From contig JBEKSS010000004.1 of assembly GCA_049516875.1 (NCBI GenBank), forward strand, positions 107,371-171,370: 64,000 nucleotides of DNA, read 5' to 3'. The stretch comes from Candidatus Bathyarchaeia archaeon. GTDB taxonomy: Archaea > Thermoproteota > Bathyarchaeia > Bathyarchaeales > Bathycorpusculaceae. Below are positions 10,192-20,407 of the stretch, one piece after another. Each line of letters opens with the position of its first letter. Position 1 is the first letter of the stretch. The position numbers were made by a program, and so were the translations under genes. Under the pieces are notes generated by a model, which was given only the letters and a program-made list of their open reading frames with translations, searched no databases and was not told the origin of the DNA.

Positions 10192-11307
10192 ATGGTGTAC
10201 AAAGTTCCCTTCGTGAATTATCCCGAGCATTACCGTCGCATGTGGGATGAAGTCATAGGCGCAATTTCAGAAGCGTTGTCTAAGGGCGACTTACTACTTC
10301 GTGGACAGTTAAGGCAGTTTGAAGAAGGGATCGCCTCATTCGTTGGAGTGAAATATGCAGTTGGACTTAACAGCGGGACCGACGCTATGCTTCTTTCACT
10401 GAAAGCTGCTGGAATAGGGCCCGGAGATGAGGTTATCACAGTGGCCCACACGTTCGTGGCTTCAATAGCGGTAATCGTCTTTTGCGGAGCCAAGCCGATA
10501 CTGGTGGATGTGGGAGAAGACATGAACATGGATGTAGAACAAGCGGAACAAAAAATCTCACCAAAAACGAAAGCAATCATGCCAGTTCATCTAAATGGTC
10601 GGCTGTGCAACATGAAGAAACTGATGAAAATTGCGAATGAACATGATCTAGTAGTGATTGAGGATGCTGCCCAAGCTTTAGGAGCCACCTTCGATGGCAA
10701 AAAAGCAGGTTCTTTTGGATTAACTGGTTGCTTCAGTCTTTATCCTGCAAAAGTGCTTGGAGCTGCTGGAGACGGAGGATTTTTGACCACAAGCGATGAT
10801 GAAACGAACAAGAATACGCGTCTTCTGAGAGACCATGGCCAAGACAGAAAAACTGGAGAAATTTTCTTTTACGGGTTTAACAGTAGATTAGATAACATTC
10901 AGGCAGCGATTCTTAACGTGAAACTCAAATACCTGCATAAATGGATTGAAAGACGCCGAGAAATTGCCAGAATCTATCACGAAGGGTTATCCGACCTAAC
11001 CAAAGTGAAATTGCCACAACCGCCTACTTCAAAAGGCCCATACTATGACGTGTACCAAAACTATGTTATTCGCATCAAAGACCGCGACGAACTTGTTGAA
11101 TTCCTTGAGCAGAATGGTGTGGAGACAATAGTTTCTTGGCGAATACCGAACCATTTCCATCCAGCATTGAACCTGAAGCACTTCAAGCTGCCAAATACAG
11201 AGGAATTATCCAACGAAGTCGTCTCACTGCCAATGTATCCAGAGTTGGCAGATGACCAAGTGCACTACGTCATAGATGTCATACACAATTTCTACGAGCA
11301 CAAATAG
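10192..11307 (+). CDS. DegT/DnrJ/EryC1/StrS sugar aminotransferase
   Basis: NSGTDA, IEDAAQALGA, FSLYPAKVLGAAGDGG (PLP Lys) and NSRLDNIQAA motifs. Confidence 0.92.
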   Translation: MVYKVPFVNYPEHYRRMWDEVIGAISEALSKGDLLLRGQLRQFEEGIASFVGVKYAVGLNSGTDAMLLSLKAAGIGPGDEVITVAHTFVASIAVIVFCGAKPILVDVGEDMNMDVEQAEQKISPKTKAIMPVHLNGRLCNMKKLMKIANEHDLVVIEDAAQALGATFDGKKAGSFGLTGCFSLYPAKVLGAAGDGGFLTTSDDETNKNTRLLRDHGQDRKTGEIFFYGFNSRLDNIQAAILNVKLKYLHKWIERRREIARIYHEGLSDLTKVKLPQPPTSKGPYYDVYQNYVIRIKDRDELVEFLEQNGVETIVSWRIPNHFHPALNLKHFKLPNTEELSNEVVSLPMYPELADDQVHYVIDVIHNFYEHK

Positions 11308-11373
11308 ATGAAGACAACAAACAAGGATGAGCAACGATTAACAGATAAAGAATGGACCATCAGAAATCGGTGA
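11308..11373 (+). pseudogene. N-terminal remnant of a paralogue of the 11539 methyltransferase
   Basis: MKTTNKDEQRLTDKEWTIRNR* versus MQSQSEHAPIIVTDEEWSNRH. Starts immediately after the degT stop. Confidence 0.45.
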
Positions 11374-11538
11374 TGGTCGAAAGGAAAGTTGTCCAGCATA
11401 TAATACGTGCAGTAGGAATATTCTCGAATTAGTGAAATATAGGTTTTGGATCCATATTTCGAATTCATAAGTTTTGTTAAATGCTTACGGTCCATTTCGT
11501 TGCACGAAGGCTTGTGAAAGGCCCTTGAGGCAACGTAG

Positions 11539-12327
11539 ATGCAGTCTCAAAGTGAACATGCGCCTATTATAGTAACGGACGAGGAATGGTCCAATAGACA
11601 TCTTCAAGATGAGAGTTGGATAGAGGGCTATTGGAAGTCACGGAACCATCCACATAGGTCCTTCATAACGGAGACAATCCAGAAATTTTCTCCAATACAC
11701 AGTGTTCTTGAGATTGGATGTGCCAGCGGTCCGAACCTGTATCGGATAGCCAGAAAGTTTCCTTGCGCAGACGTAAGAGGCATCGACATAAATCCAATGG
11801 CCGTTCAACTAGGCAATGAATGGTTTAGGCAAGAAGGGTTGTCCAACGTTGAACTGGAAGTCGGTAAGGCTCAGAACCTTAAGCGATTTCGAGATAAAAG
11901 TTTTGATGTTGTTTTGACAGACGCTGTCTTGATTTACGTACCCCCCGACGAAATCAGACAGGTCGCAAGAGAAATGCTTCGCATAGGTCGAGTACTAGTA
12001 CTAAATGAGTGGCACATTTTCAACAAGCGGTTGGCGTTATTCTGGAACACGTATTGTTGCCTCAAAATGAAAACTGAAATACAAGCAAAACAACGATTCA
12101 CAAACACCAACTTTTCACTCATACCCCAATCATCACTCGGATTCTTCGTGGGACACTGGGCCAGGGATTATAAGACTTTGTTTCAGAAGTTTGTTCAAAA
12201 GGAAAAAGTCCATATCACCAAGCTTCCCAAGAAACTGTATGACGATAAAGGCTGGCAAACATGGGGAGCAATAATTGAAGTAAAGGGACAAAACATTACT
12301 GATTCGAGGACGGTTGCGCACCCTTGA
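11539..12327 (+). CDS. class I SAM-dependent methyltransferase
   Basis: VLEIGCASG, GIDIN and DKSFDVVLTDAVLIY motifs. Confidence 0.85.
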   Translation: MQSQSEHAPIIVTDEEWSNRHLQDESWIEGYWKSRNHPHRSFITETIQKFSPIHSVLEIGCASGPNLYRIARKFPCADVRGIDINPMAVQLGNEWFRQEGLSNVELEVGKAQNLKRFRDKSFDVVLTDAVLIYVPPDEIRQVAREMLRIGRVLVLNEWHIFNKRLALFWNTYCCLKMKTEIQAKQRFTNTNFSLIPQSSLGFFVGHWARDYKTLFQKFVQKEKVHITKLPKKLYDDKGWQTWGAIIEVKGQNITDSRTVAHP

Positions 12328-12367
12328 TACAGTGTCTATTGCTTGCTATTGGTCTGGATAAATCGAC

Positions 12368-13123
12368 TCAATCTTTTCGCCAAGCGTACACGACACCATT
12401 ATCCTCGGCAAAATGAATTTCATAATCGTATTTGCCCAAGATTTCTAAGACTCTTGGATATGTTCTTTTTTCAATGTCGTATCTGCAATGAGTTTCCACT
12501 GCAAGCTTTCTGGTAGTTTGTAAGAATCTATTGCCACCTTCTAATACCTGAGCTTCAGCGCCTTGAACATCTATCTTTGCAAAGTCTATTTTTCTATCAC
12601 CAAACAAGTTATCAAGAGTATCTGATGGGACTTCTATTTGCCTTTTTCTTTCTACGTCTTCCATAATTGAATGTCCAGTGGGAGTGTCGTGAAGATGGAA
12701 GGTCACAGTTCCTTTTTTATCCCATAACGCTTTGCGAATTATTTCTACATTATTAAAACCAGAAAGATTATGTTCAAGATATGGGATGTTAAGCGGATAT
12801 GCTTCAACCGCAATAACCTTTCCCGTTGAACCAGTCTTTATTGCCATTGGAACGGTTGTGTCACCAATACAAGCTCCCACATCCAACACGGTGTCCCCCT
12901 CTTCAATTTTGAAGAACCTCTCACATTTATTTTCAAAATCCTTAAGTCCAAACCCTATGAATTTTGGCGTTGGACTCAGCAGTTCCATTCCACCCTTTTG
13001 AATCAGCCATCCATTTTCAGATTTCTTGATTTTCGCTTTTTCTTTGGACGAAAGTGCATAGTAGAAGTTTGAAATTGACGGGAACAGCCAATTAGGGCAT
13101 TTTTTTATAAACCACTCCTTCAT
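12368..13123 (-). CDS. FkbM-family methyltransferase
   Basis: VLDVGACIG, VIAVEAYP, TLDNL and KIDVQGAE motifs. Confidence 0.88.
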   Translation of the reverse strand: MKEWFIKKCPNWLFPSISNFYYALSSKEKAKIKKSENGWLIQKGGMELLSPTPKFIGFGLKDFENKCERFFKIEEGDTVLDVGACIGDTTVPMAIKTGSTGKVIAVEAYPLNIPYLEHNLSGFNNVEIIRKALWDKKGTVTFHLHDTPTGHSIMEDVERKRQIEVPSDTLDNLFGDRKIDFAKIDVQGAEAQVLEGGNRFLQTTRKLAVETHCRYDIEKRTYPRVLEILGKYDYEIHFAEDNGVVYAWRKD

Positions 13124-13474
13124 TCTTTCACCGTCCAGCGCGCGCGAACTGTTTTACATTAAAGAGTACTGATATAGAACATAAACATTTCCCAGTATTC
13201 TCCAGTCTCATCCTTGTCTACTGCTCTACCTCAATCTTCCATTTTTCTGCTGTGAAGTGAGTTAATATATTGAAAATAACTGTTCTTTTACCTAGGCGCC
13301 ATTTATTGGTTCATTTGGCGCATTTTGCGCCCTTCAATTAAGGGGGGCTGAAACGAAGCTTGGGTTTAGGATTACTATTGAATGCATATCATTGCCTCAA
13401 ACTGAAACGTGAAAAGATGCTGTCATGGCACCACCGGCAACTCTCAATTGTTCACTTGTACTCACCATTCCTCG

Positions 13475-13640
13475 CACTCTTCGTGAGGCACTAGGTGATT
13501 GATTATGAGGCTTGTTTGCAAGGTTTGCTTAGAAAGAAAAAGTTCATATTGTAAAACTTCCACAGAAACCCAAGAGTTGGCAAACATGGGGAGCTGTAAT
13601 TGAAGTATGAGTATAGAACATTAACTCTTCGAGGATGACG
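13475..13640 (+). pseudogene. decayed C-terminal copy of the 11539 methyltransferase
   Basis: Colinear nucleotide similarity with 12142-12310 (e.g. TGGCAAACATGGGGAGC..TAATTGAAGTA in both), with stops and indels. Confidence 0.7.
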
Positions 13641-13647
13641 ATAATTC

Positions 13648-14907
13648 GTGAAGAAAGTTCTGATCATAGCAAATCTATTCTATGCTTCCCCGCGGATACC
13701 AGGTTTGGTCAAATATCTCCCGGAATTCGGATGGCAACCTATCATTCTAACAACTTCTCTCGGTGAACGACCAGATGAACGGTTTGGACCTCCCAACGAC
13801 TTCAGAAAAAACTATAGAGTAATAGAAACACCCGGTCCAACTAAAGACGTTGGGACGCGGGTTAAAAAGCGAATGCGCTCCAAAAAATATCGCGTTGTCA
13901 GACCGTTACTTAAGTTCCTCTATAGACGATATTCAGAAATAGTTCATTACCCCGATGAAGAAAAAGGTTGGAAACCACTTGCCGTTGAAGCCGCTAACGA
14001 ATTATTGCAAAAGGAGGAGGTAGATGCGATAATCAGTAGTTCTTCGCCAGCAACTTGCCACTTGATCGCCGAAGAAATCAAAAACAAGTACAAGATACCA
14101 TGGGTGGCTGATTTCAGAGACCTCTGGACACAAAACCATAATTATCCCTACAGTATACTTAGAAAGATATTCGAAAAAAGACTTGAGGTAGAGACGCTGT
14201 CGACATCAGACGCCTTAGTAACTACCTCTCAGCCATTAGCAGAAGAATTGAGTATATTACATAAGAAAAAAGTCTATGCAATCACTAACGGTTTTGACCC
14301 AGATGAGGTGAGCAATGGAATGTCCGATTTGACATCAAAGTTCACAACTACCTACACTGGTCAGATCTACAAGAAACAAGACCCTTCAAAACTCCTTTCT
14401 GCCCTAAAAGATCTGATCTCTGATGGAACCATAAATCCCAACGAAGTGGAAGTTAGATTCTATGGTCCTGAAAATGAATCGCTGGTTGAAGAAACCAAGA
14501 AATACGGATTGGGGGCAATAGTTAAGCAGCATGGGGTAATCACTAGACATGACTCTTTTGAAAGACAGAGGGAATCGCAATTGTTGTTTCAGATAAACTG
14601 GGAAGACCCCGAGAAAAAGGGGCTGTATTCTGGAAAGATATTCGAATATTTGGCCGCCCAGAGACCCATACTTGCTACCGGTGACAATGACACAGTGAAG
14701 AAGCTAATTGAGGAAACTCGCTCTGGCATCTATTGTCCTAATACCGAAGACATCAAAAAAGCACTCAGCGAATCATATTTGGAATATAAATCAACAGGTG
14801 CAGTAACGTATCATGGTAGTATTGACAAAATCAATAAATATAGCTATCGAGAGATGGCGAGAGGTTTTGCAGATATTCTTGACACGATATCTGCAGCAGG
14901 GGGGTGA
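13648..14907 (+). CDS. GT4-like glycosyltransferase
   Basis: LPEFGWQPIILT, PWVADFRDLW, ITNGFD and SGKIFEYLAAQRPIL motifs. Confidence 0.85.
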   Translation: MKKVLIIANLFYASPRIPGLVKYLPEFGWQPIILTTSLGERPDERFGPPNDFRKNYRVIETPGPTKDVGTRVKKRMRSKKYRVVRPLLKFLYRRYSEIVHYPDEEKGWKPLAVEAANELLQKEEVDAIISSSSPATCHLIAEEIKNKYKIPWVADFRDLWTQNHNYPYSILRKIFEKRLEVETLSTSDALVTTSQPLAEELSILHKKKVYAITNGFDPDEVSNGMSDLTSKFTTTYTGQIYKKQDPSKLLSALKDLISDGTINPNEVEVRFYGPENESLVEETKKYGLGAIVKQHGVITRHDSFERQRESQLLFQINWEDPEKKGLYSGKIFEYLAAQRPILATGDNDTVKKLIEETRSGIYCPNTEDIKKALSESYLEYKSTGAVTYHGSIDKINKYSYREMARGFADILDTISAAGG

Positions 14908-15554
14908 ACGATTTGAAGGTTCTAAGCATATCACCACACACTGATGATGCAGTTGTGGCCTCGGGTGGCTCTATCTCAAGGATTCTGGAAGAGGGGGCTC
15001 AAGTTTTCTACTTGGGCTTAAGCATAGCCGAAGAATCAGTTCCAGCAGGTTTTCCGAAAAATGCAGTGGAGAGCGAAACCCGACTCGCTACCCAAGAGCT
15101 AGGGATAGACCCCAAAAAAGTCTATGTCCAACACTTCCCAGTTCGCAGGTTCAATGAGCACCGCCAAGAGATATTAGATCTTCTTGTGAGGCTCAGAAAC
15201 GAAATAAAGCCTGATATGGTTTTTGTTCCTACGACTGTGGACATACATCAAGATCACGAGGTAGTAACTCGGGAGTCTATCAGAGCTTTCAGAAACTGGT
15301 GTTCAATCTACGGTTACGACATTCCATGGAATGATCTGTACGGAACGAAAATGAACGTCTTCTACGAGTTGAATGAAAGACATATGGAAATGAAGTTGAA
15401 GGCAGTCAGTTGTCTGAAATCTCAAATCGCGAAAAAAGCGAGCTATTTAACAGCGCAGTATCTTAGGAGCATTGCAATTGAGAGAGGTGTCAGGATTAAG
15501 GCAGAATATGCTGAGGTGTATGAAGCCATCCGCGATATAAGGAGGATTCATTAG
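14904..15554 (+). CDS. PIG-L/LmbE-family deacetylase
   Basis: SPHTDD and DIHQDH metal-binding motifs. Confidence 0.85.
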   Translation: MNDLKVLSISPHTDDAVVASGGSISRILEEGAQVFYLGLSIAEESVPAGFPKNAVESETRLATQELGIDPKKVYVQHFPVRRFNEHRQEILDLLVRLRNEIKPDMVFVPTTVDIHQDHEVVTRESIRAFRNWCSIYGYDIPWNDLYGTKMNVFYELNERHMEMKLKAVSCLKSQIAKKASYLTAQYLRSIAIERGVRIKAEYAEVYEAIRDIRRIH

Positions 15555-16411
15555 TGAAGAGGTTCCAAGATGTTGAAGAACTCGTTCTAGGCAAAAACGT
15601 CAAGATAGAAGAAAATGTATCTCTGAAGGGAAGAAGGATCGTAATTGGAGAAGGAACTGTCTTAAGGAGCGGCGCTAAGATCGAGGTTTCAGAGTCTCTT
15701 GAGATCGGCAACAGATCCATTGTTGGTGAAAACACCCGAATAATGGGGAGGTCCATTCAGCTTGGCCGGGAGTTCTATAGCAACCATGATGTTGAAATAG
15801 GGGGAGGCAGCTGCTTCGAAAGAAAATCAAAACTAACAGTAGGCTATTGGTTCCATCTAGGATCATATGCCATCGTGAACACTGCAATGGAGGTCAAAAT
15901 TGGCAACGAAGTCGGCATGGGACGCCTCACAAACATATACACTCATGGAGCATACCAATCTGTGCTGAAGGGGTTTCCAGTTGATTTTGGGCCAATAACC
16001 ATTGGAAACAATGTCTGGATACCTGGAGCTACCGTCCTTCCGCATGTAACTATCGGAGACAATGTAGTGATTGGGGTGGGCTCATTGGTGTTAAAAGACC
16101 TTCCATCCAACTGTTTGGCGGCGGGCGTTCCCTGCAAGATCCTCAAGGAGAATTGCTATCCACGCAAACTATCTTTGGAAGAAAAACTCGAGATGATTAA
16201 AAGAATCAACAATGAATGGAACCTCGGCATGGAATATTTGAAAGGCGGGAAGTTTAAGATAAATAATGCCTGCATCGATTTTGAGGATATGCAGTTTACA
16301 GGCAAATCCTCTGAGAGAAGCGAGAGAGCAAGGAATGTTTTGCGTCGGCACGGAATACGTTTCAAGGTAGACATCGTAGAGGGGGAATATGCGGAATGGA
16401 AGGACAAATGA
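15554..16411 (+). CDS. hexapeptide-repeat acyltransferase
   Basis: ITIGNNVWI, IGDNVVIGVGSLV and AAGVPCKILK motifs. Confidence 0.85.
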   Translation: MKRFQDVEELVLGKNVKIEENVSLKGRRIVIGEGTVLRSGAKIEVSESLEIGNRSIVGENTRIMGRSIQLGREFYSNHDVEIGGGSCFERKSKLTVGYWFHLGSYAIVNTAMEVKIGNEVGMGRLTNIYTHGAYQSVLKGFPVDFGPITIGNNVWIPGATVLPHVTIGDNVVIGVGSLVLKDLPSNCLAAGVPCKILKENCYPRKLSLEEKLEMIKRINNEWNLGMEYLKGGKFKINNACIDFEDMQFTGKSSERSERARNVLRRHGIRFKVDIVEGEYAEWKDK

Positions 16412-16849
16412 CTTGATACTTCTGTCATTAAACCTGGAGGACTGACAAGTTCCGCTCAAATTCGGTTGGTGAGCGGATTCTGACATACATATGGAACAGA
16501 ACTGCACCTTTCGACTTTTCTCAGATTGATCTCCGCATTCTTAGAAAGTCCCCCGGCTGTATTCTTCCAAGAGGTATAACATCTTTGCTCGAGAATACAG
16601 AAGCTGCCAAATGTGTTCAGAGCGCGCGCTAGGTTGCGCATTTCTCTTGCTTTATGGGATCCTTAGGCTACAACTTCCTTCTCTGCCAGTTATCGCATTG
16701 TCTTTGCTGAGGCAACTCCATAACAACACAAATATATGCTCATACGAGATTATCCATGAACCACCAATCAACGTGAACATTTGGCTAAAGAAGAATTGAG
16801 GCTGCAGTATTCGCGCGCTATCATCGTAATACATACTGTCTATTAGTGA

Positions 16850-18355
16850 GTGTCGTGGTTGAGAGACGATAATACATTGATAAGAATTAGGATAGACGTT
16901 GACTATCCTTACCCTTCAAGATTCAGGAGCTTTCTCTACGCATCTCTAGGCATTAGAGCAAGCAAAGAATATCTGAAAAACCCCAAAATAGTTGCAAGAA
17001 TGATCAATGAATCTCCTCATAATGTCAAGGCATACTGGTTCTTCACACCGAAGACTATCCCTGACAAAGAACTGCTAGCATTGCTGGAAAATGAAAGGCA
17101 TGAAGTTGCACTTCACATAATCAATGATCCATATGGCGAATTGAAGAATTTGGAGGATTTGACGGGCAAAAAAATCGGATATTATACGATACATGGAACG
17201 GCAAGATTGTTTGCAAGAATCATGTGGAAGAGATGGAAAAGCTGGGCGCCAAGAATCCCAGAAGAATTTCCGCTACAGTCTTTTCACGAATTTCCCACAG
17301 TGGGTTTAGATAGCTTATGTTATTCTACCTCACTTGACCAAGCCCTAAAGGCAGCTGAAGGCCACATCAGAAAAGGCGACGTGGTATACTTCCATCCAAT
17401 ATGGCTTTTTCAGCGAGGAAAATTGAACCGCAGAGGGCCATTCTATGAAGCTCTCAAGAGGATTCTGGCAGTCGATAGCGAACTTGAGTCCATATCGATT
17501 AGTGAGAAATTCTCGATTAGAATAGCCAGAGATCAAAGAGAGTACGAAACAAATATCGTTCCAACTGGGGAACTTCTTCAGAAACTCGGAGAAAGAGGAG
17601 TAGACATATTCACGTTCCTCGAGAGGACTTGGTGCTACAAAATTCAAAACCCACAGAAGTCTTGGCTGAAGGCCAGTGACAACGTTGCACTCCTTAACTT
17701 GAACAGTTACGATGAATGGTGGGCAAGCATAGGCAAGAAAACACGCAATATGATTCGCAAAGCAGAAAAAAGTGGGATAATGACAGGCGTTGCCAAGCCA
17801 GATGAAAGACTGGCTGAAGGTATATGGAAGATATACAATGAAACGCCTATACGACAAGAAAGGGGTTTCCCATACTACGGAATCTCGTTGCGCCAAGTGA
17901 TAAAAGGAGACCTGCACTCAGCGCAAAATTGGACCTACATTGGAGCATACTTCCAAAATGAACTTGTAGGATTCATACGGCTCGTTAACGGCGACAATAT
18001 AACGATAATATCTCTAATACTTTCACTGCAGAAACATTGGAACAAGGCGGTGAACAACGCGCTAGTAGCCAAAGCGATTGAAGTCTGTGCAAGCAGGGGT
18101 GCGAAATGGATCATGTATGGCAGAATTGGAAACCATCCGTCGCTAGACAACTTCAAAAACAACAATGCATTCAAAAAGTTCACGTTAACGCGCTATTACG
18201 TTCCCTTAACGAGTAAAGGTAAGTTGGCGATGAAACTGGGTCTTCATAGGGAGATTAAGGATGCCCTCCCGCAGTCAGTGAAATACCCGCTCATCCCCAT
18301 CTATAACTGGATTAGCAGAACGAAAATGAGAATGAAGCTTTATTTGCAACGCTGA
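16850..18355 (+). CDS. fusion: polysaccharide-deacetylase-like N-domain plus FemAB/GNAT-like C-domain
   Basis: N-part RIDVD...HEVALH...TIHG...YFHP (NodB-like). C-part YDEWWASIGKKTRNMIRKAEKSG...LDNFKNNNAF (FemAB-type). Confidence 0.6.
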   Translation: MSWLRDDNTLIRIRIDVDYPYPSRFRSFLYASLGIRASKEYLKNPKIVARMINESPHNVKAYWFFTPKTIPDKELLALLENERHEVALHIINDPYGELKNLEDLTGKKIGYYTIHGTARLFARIMWKRWKSWAPRIPEEFPLQSFHEFPTVGLDSLCYSTSLDQALKAAEGHIRKGDVVYFHPIWLFQRGKLNRRGPFYEALKRILAVDSELESISISEKFSIRIARDQREYETNIVPTGELLQKLGERGVDIFTFLERTWCYKIQNPQKSWLKASDNVALLNLNSYDEWWASIGKKTRNMIRKAEKSGIMTGVAKPDERLAEGIWKIYNETPIRQERGFPYYGISLRQVIKGDLHSAQNWTYIGAYFQNELVGFIRLVNGDNITIISLILSLQKHWNKAVNNALVAKAIEVCASRGAKWIMYGRIGNHPSLDNFKNNNAFKKFTLTRYYVPLTSKGKLAMKLGLHREIKDALPQSVKYPLIPIYNWISRTKMRMKLYLQR

Positions 18356-18532
18356 GCAGTGTTCTTGATTCATCATTTTCTCTCATCGTTGTCAGGAGTG
18401 ATCAGTCTCCTTAAACCGAATTTGTCTCCACGTGTATCAAGTCAATGTTGTCAAAGATTAGACAGAAAACTTTCAGCAAAGCAAGATTAAATAATCTCAG
18501 CAATATGCATTGAGCAACAGTGGGACGAAGGG

Positions 18533-20020
18533 TTGACAGAAAAAGGCATCAGACTGGCATATTCGGGCTATGTGATTTTTGCAGCCAGAATAGTTAGTGT
18601 GGTCACTAGCCTAGTTTTTGCATTGATGTTGAGCCGTGAATTAATCACCGCTGTAAGTCAGAGACCCTACGATTTGTGGTATAATATCGGCGACGTGACG
18701 GCATGGTTTACTTTGATGACCGGCGTGTTGCCATTCTGGGCAATGCGATTCGCTATCAGGCAAAGGGAAGGGGCGATAAAAACTGGCATTTTCGCAAACT
18801 TGATAATCTCGGCATTAGCCTTTCTGATATATCTTCTGCTGGTTCCCTTGATAACCGCGTCACTCGGGATCAGCCAAACTTTTGTTCCAGCATACTTGGT
18901 CGCCGGATTCTGGATTATGGAAGTTTATTCTATTGGTATCTTGGAGACAAGCCTGCAAACAAAGACTCCGCAGGTGGTAGGTTACGGACTTATCTTGCAG
19001 CAAATCTCTGTAGTTGCTTTAGGCTACGTTCTTATTGTCTTGTTTCATCAATCGCTTTTGGGGGCAGTCCTTGCAAATGCCCTTTCATTTGTTCCCCAAA
19101 TAGTATACTATTTTGCCCTGCTTGCCCCTGAACTGAAACAGAGAATCAGATGGGAATACCTAGGAGAATGGCTGAAAGGATCATTGCTGAACATTTACAA
19201 TATAGCCGGATACCAGATAGCAACCGTAATTTTCATAATGTTACTCGCTTACGGCTCCGAAGGAGCCCGAGGCAGGCTTGGTGCAGCGGGGACAATCGTC
19301 AACATGATCGGGTATTCTTCCTACTTGGCCTTTGCCCTTTACCCGAAACTCTTGGCAGAGAAGAAAAGCGAAGACATAACCACTTCTCTGAAAATGGTTC
19401 TAATGTTTGCCATACCCTTAACAATCGGCGCAATTGCACTTTCAGATTCATACATAACAATTCTAACGGACAAATATATGGACGCAGCACCAGTGCTGGC
19501 CGTGCTAGCAATAGACTCTTTCGTGGCTGTAGTGTCCGGGCTTTTTTTGAACGTGCTTTACGGGGTTGAAACAGTTGATGAAGGAAAAAAGTTGTCTTTG
19601 AAGCAGCTGGCAAAAAGTCGACTTTTCCTAGCGTTTTCGCTACCATATTTTCAATCTCTCATAACCATTCCGGCAGCATTCTATTTTCTTACAAAATACG
19701 CTCTGAACCAACCACTTCAGGCAGCCCTCTATGTGGCCATAATAAACTCGGCAGCCCGTTTCGCGATGTTTTTGGTGCTGTACGTCATTGTGCGAAAGAT
19801 GATTAAAATACACATTCCATGGAAAACCATAGCAAAATATGTATTAGCTGCAGCCGTTATGGGAATCATTATCTACGTGATCCCTCACCCGACAAAAATC
19901 CTTCCCACTCTGGCCGAAACAGCGATAGGTGGAATCATCTACTTAGCATTGATAATGGCCATTGACAAAGAAGCAAGAGCTTTGCCTGGTCACATAATAG
20001 AAACATTGAGGGGCAGATGA
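18533..20020 (+). CDS. oligosaccharide flippase (MOP/Wzx-like)
   Basis: About 12-14 hydrophobic segments; located at the end of the glycan cluster. Confidence 0.7.
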   Translation: MTEKGIRLAYSGYVIFAARIVSVVTSLVFALMLSRELITAVSQRPYDLWYNIGDVTAWFTLMTGVLPFWAMRFAIRQREGAIKTGIFANLIISALAFLIYLLLVPLITASLGISQTFVPAYLVAGFWIMEVYSIGILETSLQTKTPQVVGYGLILQQISVVALGYVLIVLFHQSLLGAVLANALSFVPQIVYYFALLAPELKQRIRWEYLGEWLKGSLLNIYNIAGYQIATVIFIMLLAYGSEGARGRLGAAGTIVNMIGYSSYLAFALYPKLLAEKKSEDITTSLKMVLMFAIPLTIGAIALSDSYITILTDKYMDAAPVLAVLAIDSFVAVVSGLFLNVLYGVETVDEGKKLSLKQLAKSRLFLAFSLPYFQSLITIPAAFYFLTKYALNQPLQAALYVAIINSAARFAMFLVLYVIVRKMIKIHIPWKTIAKYVLAAAVMGIIIYVIPHPTKILPTLAETAIGGIIYLALIMAIDKEARALPGHIIETLRGR

Positions 20021-20137
20021 AGAAAGCCTGACATTACACACTTATTGGCTTAGTAGATTGCGCCGGTTTCGCGACATCATCGAACTGTAGCGACCGACAC
20101 AAACGCATTACTTTTTTTCAAGTCATTGTGAGAGGTG

Positions 20138-20407
20138 CTATGATAAGAGTTCAGACAAAAGAGCATTCAACTCGTCCTTGTCCTTCAAGTCTCGGAAAAT
20201 GGCTTTGCCACTTCCATACAGTCGAAAAGAAAATTTTCTGAAAGTCAATTCGAAAACTATCCCAGCAATAGATTTCTTAAGAGCAGCCTTTGCCAAAATC
20301 TTCTTGACTGCCTCATCTTTCTTGTCGAACTTGAACGTCACGATAACATCCTGTTCTTTTCCACATGTTCCCTCAGTTCTGGCCACGTAATCCTCTGTGG
20401 TGACCAT
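20138..20407 (-). CDS. small conserved protein coupled to sufS (resembles a MoeB/ThiF C-terminal module)
   Basis: Its start overlaps the sufS stop; ELTFRKFSFRLYGSGKAIF pattern. Confidence 0.55.
   Translation of the reverse strand: MVTTEDYVARTEGTCGKEQDVIVTFKFDKKDEAVKKILAKAALKKSIAGIVFELTFRKFSFRLYGSGKAIFRDLKDKDELNALLSELLS

Noticed and set aside
16412-16849. Possible decayed gene between the acyltransferase and the fusion gene
   Set aside because: No family could be recognised. Counted only as context for the two (GC)n motifs.
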